From Nonlabens ponticola (GTDB taxonomy: Bacteria; Bacteroidota; Bacteroidia; Flavobacteriales; Flavobacteriaceae), in contig NZ_CP034549.1 in assembly GCF_003966335.1 (NCBI RefSeq), forward strand, positions 2,010,001 to 2,042,000: a DNA stretch of 32,000 nt. Reading direction: 5' to 3'. Position 1 is the first letter of the stretch; each line of letters starts with the position of its first letter. Below, piece by piece: positions 25,282 through 32,000 of this stretch. A program made the position numbers and the translations under genes. The notes under the pieces are model-generated. The model saw only the letters and a list, made by a program, of their open reading frames with translations, ran no database searches and was not told the DNA's origin.

Positions 25282-26067
25282 TTAGTTACTTCCTAGGTAT
25301 CCTCTCATGATACCTCGTTTTGAGTTTTTAATAAATTCTAATATTTCGTCACGCTCAGTGGTGGCGCTCATCTCTGCCTCGATGATTTCGACGGCCTGTG
25401 AGACGTTATAGTTCTTTTGATATAGGATTCTGAAGATATCCTGTATCTCACGTATTTTTTCTAATTGAAATCCACGACGTCTCAACCCTACCGAATTAAT
25501 ACCTACATAACTTAACGGTTCGCGACCAGCCTTAACATACGGTGGTACATCTTTTCTCACAAGTGAGCCACCAGTCACGAAAGAGTGACTACCTACTTGA
25601 CAGAATTGCTGTACGGCAGCCATACCTGCCAAAACCACGTGATCACCAACGGTGATGTGGCCAGCTAGTGTACTATTGTTTGAAAAAATACAGTGATCAC
25701 CAACGATACAATCATGGGCAATATGACAGTAAGCCATAATCCAGCAATTGTTACCGATGACGGTCTTACCGCGATCGCTCGTACCACGATTGATGGTAAC
25801 ACATTCTCTTATGGTTGTGTTATCTCCTATAATAGTTACCGTATCCTCATCTTCAAACTTCTTGTCTTGTGGGATGGCACTGATTACAGCGCCTGGAAAA
25901 ATGCTCACATTTTTACCTATGCGAGCACCTTCCATGATGGTTACATTGGATCCAATCCACGTGCCATCGCCAATTACAACATCATTATGAATGGTTGTAA
26001 AGGGTTCAATGACCACATTTTTGGCAATTTTGGCTCCTGGATGGACGTATGCTAGTGGTTGATTCAT
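25282..26067 (-). CDS. lpxA: acyl-ACP--UDP-N-acetylglucosamine O-acyltransferase
   Basis: Hexapeptide-repeat beta-helix starting MNQPLAYVHPGAKIAKNVVIEPFTTI, plus the LpxA C-terminal helical domain. I prefer ATG 26067 (TAATG overlap with lpxC/fabZ) over the track start at 26112. Confidence 0.9.
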   Translation of the reverse strand: MNQPLAYVHPGAKIAKNVVIEPFTTIHNDVVIGDGTWIGSNVTIMEGARIGKNVSIFPGAVISAIPQDKKFEDEDTVTIIGDNTTIRECVTINRGTSDRGKTVIGNNCWIMAYCHIAHDCIVGDHCIFSNNSTLAGHITVGDHVVLAGMAAVQQFCQVGSHSFVTGGSLVRKDVPPYVKAGREPLSYVGINSVGLRRRGFQLEKIREIQDIFRILYQKNYNVSQAVEIIEAEMSATTERDEILEFIKNSKRGIMRGYLGSN

Positions 26068-27467
26068 TATTTGACTTTTGAAATTTGTGCCATGAGTTCT
26101 GCCTCTGCACATAAAACTCCGTTTGCGTACGCGTACGCTTGCATGTGGGCAATTCCTCTTCTTATAGGTGTTATTAATTCCGCCTTAAAGATGAGTGTAT
26201 CGCCTGGAGATACCATGCGTTTAAATTTGACGTTGTCCATTTTCATGAAAAAGGTCAAATAGTTTTCGGGATCTGGTACGGTGCTTAAAACTAGAATACC
26301 ACCATTTTGCGCCATTGCCTCAACAATAAGCACTCCTGGCATCACGGGTTTGCCAGGAAAATGACCTACAAAGAACGGCTCGTTCATTGTGACATTCTTA
26401 AGACCGATCACCTCAGTATCTGTAAGCTTAAATATTTTATCAACTAATAAGAATGGTGGTCTATGCGGCAACACTTCCATGATCTTCACAGTATCCATAA
26501 GTGGCTCTGCATGTATATCAACTACGGGAACGTTGTCTCGTATTTCTTTCTTAATGATTTTAGAAAGCTTTTTGGCAAACTGTGTATTGACATAATGGCC
26601 TGGCTTAGTCGCGATGACTTTACCTCTTATGCGATAGCCGACTAATGCTAGATCTCCTATAACATCCAGCAGCTTGTGTCTCGCTGCCTCATTAGGATGA
26701 TGCAATGTCAGGTTGTCAAGAATACCATTAGGCTTGATGGAAATATTCTCTTTGTTAAAGGCCTTTTTGAGACTGTTCATTGTCTTTTCAGAAAGCTCTT
26801 TGTCTACATATACAATGGCATTGTTGAGATCGCCACCTTGAATCAATCCATGATCAAGCAACATTTCAATCTCATGTAAAAAACTAAATGTTCTTGAACT
26901 AGAGATCTCTTTCTTAAAATCAGAAAGTTTATTAAGCGTAGCGTTTTGAGTACCAAGGACTTTAGTACCAAAGTCCACCATAGTGGTGACCTGATAATTA
27001 TCGGCAGGCATCAGTATTATCTCACTACCCGTTTCTTCATCCTTGTAAGAGATAATGTCCTTTACCACAAACTCCTTACGCACCTTATCTAATTCTTTCT
27101 TACCAGCTTTTTCAAGAGCTTCTACAAAGAATTTTGAGGATCCATCCATTATCGGTGGCTCGCTACTGTTTATTTCTATTAGACAGTTGTCTATTTCCAT
27201 TCCTACCAATGCCGCAAGAACGTGCTCACAGGTATTGATTTGAACCCCATTTTTATCTAACGTAGTTCCTCGCTTAGTATCAGTCACATAACTAGCTGAA
27301 GCTTCAATCACTGGTTGCCCTTCAAGATCTGATCTCTGGAAAGCATATCCGTGATCTGCTGGTGCTGGTTTGAAGTTGAGAGTTACCGATTTGCCGGTAT
27401 GCAAGCCAACACCTGTTAGCTCTACCTCTTTTTCAATAGTGGTTTGCTTAAATTCTGTTGCCGTCAT
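26067..27467 (-). CDS. lpxC/fabZ: bifunctional UDP-3-O-acyl-GlcNAc deacetylase / 3-hydroxyacyl-ACP dehydratase (LpxC-FabZ fusion)
   Basis: N-terminal LpxC (GVGLHTGK ... NTCEHVLAAL ... HHPNEAARHKLLDVIGDL). C-terminal FabZ hot-dog domain (LPHRPPFLLVD ... FFVGHFPGKPVMPGVL). Confidence 0.9.
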   Translation of the reverse strand: MTATEFKQTTIEKEVELTGVGLHTGKSVTLNFKPAPADHGYAFQRSDLEGQPVIEASASYVTDTKRGTTLDKNGVQINTCEHVLAALVGMEIDNCLIEINSSEPPIMDGSSKFFVEALEKAGKKELDKVRKEFVVKDIISYKDEETGSEIILMPADNYQVTTMVDFGTKVLGTQNATLNKLSDFKKEISSSRTFSFLHEIEMLLDHGLIQGGDLNNAIVYVDKELSEKTMNSLKKAFNKENISIKPNGILDNLTLHHPNEAARHKLLDVIGDLALVGYRIRGKVIATKPGHYVNTQFAKKLSKIIKKEIRDNVPVVDIHAEPLMDTVKIMEVLPHRPPFLLVDKIFKLTDTEVIGLKNVTMNEPFFVGHFPGKPVMPGVLIVEAMAQNGGILVLSTVPDPENYLTFFMKMDNVKFKRMVSPGDTLIFKAELITPIRRGIAHMQAYAYANGVLCAEAELMAQISKVK

Positions 27468-28490
27468 TTATGCGTTTATATTTTTCTCGACTGCGCGCAG
27501 TCGTTGTTCTATAGTTGGTAAATTTTTAAAATTGACATAGGATCTATTCCATGAACCGTAGTCAAAAGCTGGTGAGCCTTGAATGTTGGAATTATCTTTA
27601 ATATTCTTTCCAATACCACTTTGAGCCTGGACACCTACATTATCACCTATGGTAATATGACCGGCAATACCTACTTGACCACCTATACGGCAGTTTTTCC
27701 CAATTTTAGCAGATCCTGCGATCCCAGTTTGGGAAGCGATGACGGTATTTTCTCCTATTTCAACATTGTGAGCTACCTGTATCTGGTTATCTAGCTTCAC
27801 TCCTTTTCTAATAATGGTACTGCCTAAAGTGGCTCTATCAATAGTGGTTAACGCACCTATATCAACAAAATCCTCTAAAATAACATTACCTGTTTGTGGC
27901 ACTTTGGAATAGCTACCATCTTCATTAGGTGAAAAACCAAAACCGTCGGCACCAATAACGCATCCAGAATTGATGACTACGCTGTTTCCTATGATGGTAT
28001 CAGACATGATTTTTGCACCAGAATAAATCACACAATTATCTCCGATAGTGACATTCTCTGCAATATGAACGTTGGGAAATATCTTAACTCCATTACCGAT
28101 TTTCACATTCTCAGATATATAACTAAACGCTCCTAGATAAATATCCTGCGCAACCGTTACTGATTCATGGACAAAGCTAGGCTGCTCGATGCCAGATTTA
28201 TTAAGCTTGGCAGCTTGATAGTACTCTAATAAAGTGGAAAATGCCTTGTATGAATCCTTGACTTTTATCAGGGCACAAGAAATCTCTTGTTCTGGCACAA
28301 AAGTATCATTGACAATAACAGCTGTTGCCTGAGTGGTATAAATGTATGAGGTGTATTTGGGATTTGATAGAAAGCTCAAACTACCATGAGTTCCTTCTTC
28401 TATCTTAGAAAGTTTATCCACTTGTTTTTGTGGATCACCGACAACGGTTCCTTCTAGAATTCCAGCAATCTGTTCAAGACTAAATTTCAT
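27468..28490 (-). CDS. lpxD: UDP-3-O-acylglucosamine N-acyltransferase
   Basis: [20 protein letters not shown]-terminal domain, long hexapeptide beta-helix and a C-terminal helix. The stop abuts the lpxC/fabZ start (TAAATG). Confidence 0.9.
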   Translation of the reverse strand: MKFSLEQIAGILEGTVVGDPQKQVDKLSKIEEGTHGSLSFLSNPKYTSYIYTTQATAVIVNDTFVPEQEISCALIKVKDSYKAFSTLLEYYQAAKLNKSGIEQPSFVHESVTVAQDIYLGAFSYISENVKIGNGVKIFPNVHIAENVTIGDNCVIYSGAKIMSDTIIGNSVVINSGCVIGADGFGFSPNEDGSYSKVPQTGNVILEDFVDIGALTTIDRATLGSTIIRKGVKLDNQIQVAHNVEIGENTVIASQTGIAGSAKIGKNCRIGGQVGIAGHITIGDNVGVQAQSGIGKNIKDNSNIQGSPAFDYGSWNRSYVNFKNLPTIEQRLRAVEKNINA

Positions 28491-28513
28491 TGAAACAAAA
28501 GTAAGGATTTAAA

Positions 28514-29719
28514 TCAATCTTGATTTTTGGGATAGCAATAGTAATGTTTTGAAACACTTTGTCCCAATGCTTTAAAGCTAGGTTCTTTACTAGCCCTTAA
28601 AAACTCTTTGATCTTTCCTGTTTTGGTAAGGATTTTTATGGGTTTCGCTTTCGCGTAAGCGGTATTATCAACCACACCGCTAAACACAAAATAAGCAGCC
28701 TCGTGAGTACTGAAGTTGTACGCCGTCATTAATTTCTCAATCTTACTATTGATTTTTTTATTCGAAATCTCAGTTTTTGAAAACTTGATTTTAAGCAATT
28801 GTCGATTCAATATCATGGTGCACAATTCACGCAGGACATGATCATCATTTTGCATATTAGCTTTGAGCAAGTGGATGATATCGCTGTCGTCAATTAAAGC
28901 AAATTGCTTTAAACTAAATTCCTGATGTCCAAAAAACGGTTTGAGCGTCATAGGAATATGAACTTCGTGCTCTAGCTGCACCAGTTCGTGCACTCGTTTG
29001 ATGACTGACTGCAGTAAATGTTCTGCTCCTATTCCCGTTTTATGTAAATAGACTTGCCAGTACATCAAACGACGGCCTGACAGGAAGTTCTCAACGCTAT
29101 ACAGGGCTTTTTCCTCTACCACTAGTTGGTCATCAACAACGTTGAGCATACTGATGAGTCGCTGGCTGTTGATATTACCTTCTGCAACACCTGTATAAAA
29201 ACTATCTCGCTTTAAGTAATCTAATCGATCAATATCCAGCTGGCTTGAAATGAGCTCCAGCATGAACGGTCGATGATACTCACCTTTAAATATTTGAATT
29301 GCTAGGGTTAAACTCCCGTTAAAAAGGTCGTTCAACTCTTCCATATATAGGAGCGATATTTCCTCGTGGCTTTTGCTTGAAACCAGCAGATTTTCCAGCG
29401 CATGGCTAAATGGCCCGTGACCTATATCGTGTAATAAAATAGCCTTATACAATGCGTCCTCTTCACTTGCAGATATTTCAACCGCCTTGCTTCTAAGTAC
29501 TTGAACCGCTTTTTGCATTAAGTGTAAACAGCCTAGAGCATGATGAAATCGTGTATGGTGTGCTCCAGGATACACCAGATAACTCAAGCCCATTTGAGTG
29601 ATGCGACGCAACCGCTGGAAGTATGGATGCTCGATCAATCTATAGATCTCATCGCTTGGGATTGAAATAAACCCGTAGATGGGATCGTTTAATATTTTAA
29701 GTTTGTTGGGCTGTTTCAA
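28514..29719 (-). CDS. HD-domain phosphohydrolase (dNTPase/SAMHD1-like superfamily)
   Basis: ILNDPIYGFI, HHTRFHHALG, LLHDIGHGPFSH and DRLDYLKRD motifs. TTG start at 29719, with an in-frame TAG two codons upstream. Contains degenerate palindrome copy 7. Confidence 0.8.
   Translation of the reverse strand: MKQPNKLKILNDPIYGFISIPSDEIYRLIEHPYFQRLRRITQMGLSYLVYPGAHHTRFHHALGCLHLMQKAVQVLRSKAVEISASEEDALYKAILLHDIGHGPFSHALENLLVSSKSHEEISLLYMEELNDLFNGSLTLAIQIFKGEYHRPFMLELISSQLDIDRLDYLKRDSFYTGVAEGNINSQRLISMLNVVDDQLVVEEKALYSVENFLSGRRLMYWQVYLHKTGIGAEHLLQSVIKRVHELVQLEHEVHIPMTLKPFFGHQEFSLKQFALIDDSDIIHLLKANMQNDDHVLRELCTMILNRQLLKIKFSKTEISNKKINSKIEKLMTAYNFSTHEAAYFVFSGVVDNTAYAKAKPIKILTKTGKIKEFLRASKEPSFKALGQSVSKHYYCYPKNQD
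28647..28660. repeat. degenerate palindrome copy 7: GCTTTCGCGtAAGC (1 mismatch)
   Basis: Read directly. The coding (minus) strand reads ACC GCT TAC GCG AAA GCG AAA, i.e. T-A-Y-A-K-A-K. Confidence 0.7.
29698..29705 (+). promoter_or_regulatory. candidate -7 promoter box TAAGTTTG (TAnnTTTG) for porX, located inside the divergent HD gene
   Basis: Read directly. The G of the box lies 43 nt upstream of ATG 29748. Confidence 0.3.
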
Positions 29720-29735
29720 ACGCTACAGTTTTAAT

Positions 29736-29743
29736 CAAAGATA
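29736..29743 (-). promoter_or_regulatory. candidate -7 promoter box TATCTTTG (TAnnTTTG) for the HD-lpx operon
   Basis: The plus strand reads CAAAGATA, the same octamer as at 1952..1959. The G of the box lies 17 nt upstream of the TTG start at 29719, and the box sits 5 nt from the porX ATG. Confidence 0.4.
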
Positions 29744-29747
29744 CTAT

Positions 29748-31298
29748 ATGGCTGCAATCAAAATATTATGGGTAGATGATGAAGTTGATCTACTCAAACC
29801 GCACATCATTTTTTTAGAATCCAAGGGTTATTCCATCGACACCAGAATCTCAGGAAGTGAGGCTCTTGAGGCGATTGATGAAGAGTTATACGACATAGTT
29901 CTTCTGGATGAAAATATGCCAGGTATCACTGGTCTTGAAACTTTGCATGAAATCAAGGAAAAACAAGCTAATCTTCCAGTCATCATGATTACCAAAAGTG
30001 AGGAAGAATACATCATGGAAGAAGCCATAGGTTCAAAGATTGCCGATTATCTGATTAAACCGGTGAACCCTAATCAAATTTTGCTTTCTCTCAAAAAGAA
30101 TCTGGATCATTCAAGACTAGTGAATGCAAAGACCACTAGTGATTACCAGCGAGAATTCCGTAAGATAGCAATGGATTTGTCGATGATCAATAGTTATGAT
30201 GAATGGGTGCAGCTGTATCAAAAGTTGCTCTTTTGGGAACTTGAACTAGAAGATATTGACGACACAGGAATGTTTGAAATATTGACGGCTCAAAAAACAG
30301 AGGCCAATCAACAATTCTGCAAATTTATTGATCGCAATTATTCCGGCTGGTTTGACGATGAAGAAGACGCGCCTACCTTGAGTCATACTTTATTTAAACA
30401 AAGGGTTGCACCACATCTTAAAGAGAAACAACCTGTGTTACTAGTCGTTATTGATAATTTAAGGTATGATCAATTCAAGGCGTTTGAAAATATCATCAAT
30501 AATCATTACAAGAAAGTTGAAGAGGATCCATACTGTTCTATTTTACCTACGGCAACACAGTATGCGCGCAATGCCATATTCTCTGGACTCATGCCGGCAG
30601 ATATGGAAAAAAGACATCCTAATTTGTGGCTCAACGATACCGATGAAGGTGGTAAGAATATGCACGAGAACGAGTTCCTAGAAGCGCAGCTCAAACGATT
30701 AGGGTTAAACATCAACCATCAATATCATAAGATTACCAATGAGAGCAGTGGCCGCAAGCTAGCGGAGAATTTCAAAACTCAAAAGGATAATGATCTCACG
30801 GTGATCGTTTATAATTTTGTGGATATGTTATCACATTCTAAAACCGAGATGGAAGTCATCAAGGATCTTGCAAGCACTGATAAATCCTATAGGTCTCTTA
30901 CCGTTAGTTGGTTCAAGAACTCGCCATTGTTAGAAATGATACAGCGCGGTCAAGAAATGGGCATGAAACTCATACTTACAACCGATCACGGTACGATCAA
31001 CGTATCGCAACCTAGTAAGGTGGTTGGCGACAAGAACACAAGTTTGAATCTGCGTTATAAGACCGGTCGCAGCTTGAGTTATGAAGACAAAGACGTGGTT
31101 GCCGCAACAGACCCGGCAACTATTAAGCTACCTAAGATCAATATGAGCAGTAGCTTCATATTTGCCAAGGGTGATCTATTCTTTGCCTATCCCAACAACT
31201 ATAACCATTATGTAAGCTATTATCGCAATACTTATCAACATGGTGGTGTCTCGTTAGAAGAAATGCTTATTCCCTACGCGGTTTTTACTCCTAGATAA
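29748..31298 (+). CDS. porX: response regulator with receiver and PglZ (alkaline-phosphatase-like) domains, PorX type (T9SS regulator)
   Basis: Receiver motifs ILWVDDE, DIVLLDENMPG, VIMITKS and ADYLIKP. C-terminal PglZ-like part ends with LILTTDHGT and QHGGVSLEEMLIP. I prefer ATG 29748 (MAAIKILWVDD) over the track start at 29679. Confidence 0.8.
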   Translation: MAAIKILWVDDEVDLLKPHIIFLESKGYSIDTRISGSEALEAIDEELYDIVLLDENMPGITGLETLHEIKEKQANLPVIMITKSEEEYIMEEAIGSKIADYLIKPVNPNQILLSLKKNLDHSRLVNAKTTSDYQREFRKIAMDLSMINSYDEWVQLYQKLLFWELELEDIDDTGMFEILTAQKTEANQQFCKFIDRNYSGWFDDEEDAPTLSHTLFKQRVAPHLKEKQPVLLVVIDNLRYDQFKAFENIINNHYKKVEEDPYCSILPTATQYARNAIFSGLMPADMEKRHPNLWLNDTDEGGKNMHENEFLEAQLKRLGLNINHQYHKITNESSGRKLAENFKTQKDNDLTVIVYNFVDMLSHSKTEMEVIKDLASTDKSYRSLTVSWFKNSPLLEMIQRGQEMGMKLILTTDHGTINVSQPSKVVGDKNTSLNLRYKTGRSLSYEDKDVVAATDPATIKLPKINMSSSFIFAKGDLFFAYPNNYNHYVSYYRNTYQHGGVSLEEMLIPYAVFTPR

Positions 31299-31708
31299 TG
31301 GAATATACTCTCGATCAGATTGATGAGGCAGCGCAGTATGTTCTTGCTTGCGCGAAAGCTGACACATTATTATTTCCAGCAGAAATGGGAACAGGTAAGA
31401 CAACACTTATCAAGGCTATTTGCAAGCTGGCTGGTGTGCAAGACGAAATCACCTCACCTACGTTTAGTCTTGTGAATGAGTATCAAGCCTCGCGTAACAA
31501 AATTTTCCACTTTGATTTGTACAGAATCAAGTCACTCGATGAACTACACGATATAGGAGTTGAAGATTATTTGGACAGTGCTCATTTAAAACTCGTTGAG
31601 TGGCCAGAGGTTTTGATGCCGCTTCTTACTCGTTATCAGTTAATCGATATGCAAATTATTGATAAAAACAAAAGAGCTGTTCGAGTAAGTGATGTCGTTA
31701 ATCGATAA
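31298..31708 (+). CDS. tsaE: tRNA threonylcarbamoyladenosine biosynthesis ATPase TsaE
   Basis: P-loop EMGTGKTTL, TSPTFSLVNEY and HFDLYR motifs. The start overlaps the porX stop (TAATG). Contains degenerate palindrome copy 8. Confidence 0.9.
   Translation: MEYTLDQIDEAAQYVLACAKADTLLFPAEMGTGKTTLIKAICKLAGVQDEITSPTFSLVNEYQASRNKIFHFDLYRIKSLDELHDIGVEDYLDSAHLKLVEWPEVLMPLLTRYQLIDMQIIDKNKRAVRVSDVVNR
31346..31359. repeat. degenerate palindrome copy 8: GCTTgCGCGAAAGC (1 mismatch)
   Basis: Read directly. Translated as L-A-C-A-K-A-D just upstream of the TsaE P-loop. Confidence 0.65.
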
Positions 31709-31828
31709 AAAGTTTTATCTTTAAGCAACGTTTTATGTTAGTATTAAGAGATATTGAGTCTTTTAACTAGTAATACTGTTTTTTACCCATGGTTTTAACA
31801 TAACGGTAAAAAAAAGAGGTTGTGCGAT

Positions 31829-31836
31829 TAGGTTTG
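31829..31836 (+). promoter_or_regulatory. candidate -7 promoter box TAGGTTTG (TAnnTTTG) for the last, partial gene
   Basis: Read directly. The G of the box lies 30 nt upstream of ATG 31866. Confidence 0.35.
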
Positions 31837-31865
31837 TCTCAACAAATAACTTAAACCTCAATATC

Positions 31866-32000
31866 ATGACTAAGAAATCACTCAAAGCTTTTGCATTTTT
31901 ATCTCTATTTGCAGTATCTTTAGCTGCAACAGCAACAACTTTCTCACCTGAAGACACAGCTAAAAAAGACATCGAAAAAGCGAGGATCAAGTTACCTAGT
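31866..32000 (+). CDS. secreted hypothetical protein (5' end only; continues past the right edge)
   Basis: ATG 31866 gives MTKKSLKAFAFLSLFAVSLAATATTFSPEDTAKKDIEKARIKLPS, a typical signal peptide, open to the window end (45 codons). The overlapping minus-strand ORF 31763..31990 looks spurious. Confidence 0.4.
   Translation, partial: MTKKSLKAFAFLSLFAVSLAATATTFSPEDTAKKDIEKARIKLPS

Noticed and set aside
25771-25778. GCGATCGC, the cyanobacterial HIP1 octamer
   Set aside because: I noticed only one copy, with no sign of enrichment.
25693-26055. Long antisense ORFs across lpxA, lpxC/fabZ and lpxD (for example 25693..26055, 25748..25990 and 27579..27794)
   Set aside because: Hexapeptide-repeat genes commonly give open antisense frames, and the sense-strand products are unambiguous.
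26125-26138. 14-bp palindrome / tandem GCGTACGCGTACGC
   Set aside because: It occurs once and is explained by the codons for A-Y-A-Y-A in the FabZ domain. It is within chance expectation for 14-bp palindromes.
27488-27503. Perfect 16-bp palindrome CGACTGCGCGCAGTCG near the lpxD 3' end, 21 nt upstream of the lpxC/fabZ start
   Set aside because: It occurs once. About 0.5 perfect 16-bp palindromes are expected by chance in 32 kb (32000/4^8). It could be a regulatory hairpin, but there is no supporting evidence.
31779-31813. AT-rich inverted repeat TTTTTTACC ... GGTAAAAAA downstream of tsaE as a terminator
   Set aside because: The stem is almost all A/T with a 17-nt loop, and no T-run follows on the plus strand. 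It is not convincing.
1-32000. Search for CRISPR arrays, tRNA/rRNA genes, IS elements, integrases, toxin-antitoxin or defence islands
   Set aside because: I found no regularly spaced direct repeats, no tRNA-like cloverleaf candidates in the few intergenic regions longer than 100 bp (5898..6037, 13811..13925, 31709..31865), and no transposase- or integrase-like ORFs. Gene content is core housekeeping.

Overview
This is a dense, mostly housekeeping chromosomal segment that looks like Flavobacteriia (Bacteroidota). Supporting traits are a fused lpxC-fabZ, a PorX-type receiver-PglZ regulator, a GldI-like FKBP lipoprotein, a long ResB/CcsA-type cytochrome c biogenesis gene, TAnnTTTG -7 boxes and no obvious Shine-Dalgarno sequences. 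I support about 35 CDS, many of them abutting or overlapping by 1-8 nt. The plus-strand blocks are DUF2520-kdsC-ubiA-like-maf, nrnA-gldI-like-dual PPIase, ridA-nucleoside phosphorylase-ppk1-PBP-like, mutS2-DCC-OmpA-like-HhH, and porX-tsaE. The minus-strand blocks are ndk, ung, NTF2-like-sucD-hyp-fabG-vWA-SPFH, and HD-lpxD-lpxC/fabZ-lpxA-efp-lpxD2. I found no rRNA, tRNA, CRISPR array, transposase, integrase, or recognisable defence or toxin module. The unusual signal is at sequence level, not gene level. The perfect 14-bp palindrome GCTTTCGCGAAAGC occurs six times, plus two one-mismatch copies. Seven of the eight copies lie inside unrelated conserved genes on both strands. They leave recurrent peptide imprints (SAFAKAE or LSRKLT), show extended flank identity of up to 24 nt, and are spaced rather evenly at about 2.3-5.4 kb. 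This resembles an HIP1-like or uptake-sequence-like iterated palindrome, or a genome-wide protein-binding site, and I cannot assign it a known function. All family assignments come from motif recognition by eye and memory, not from searches.
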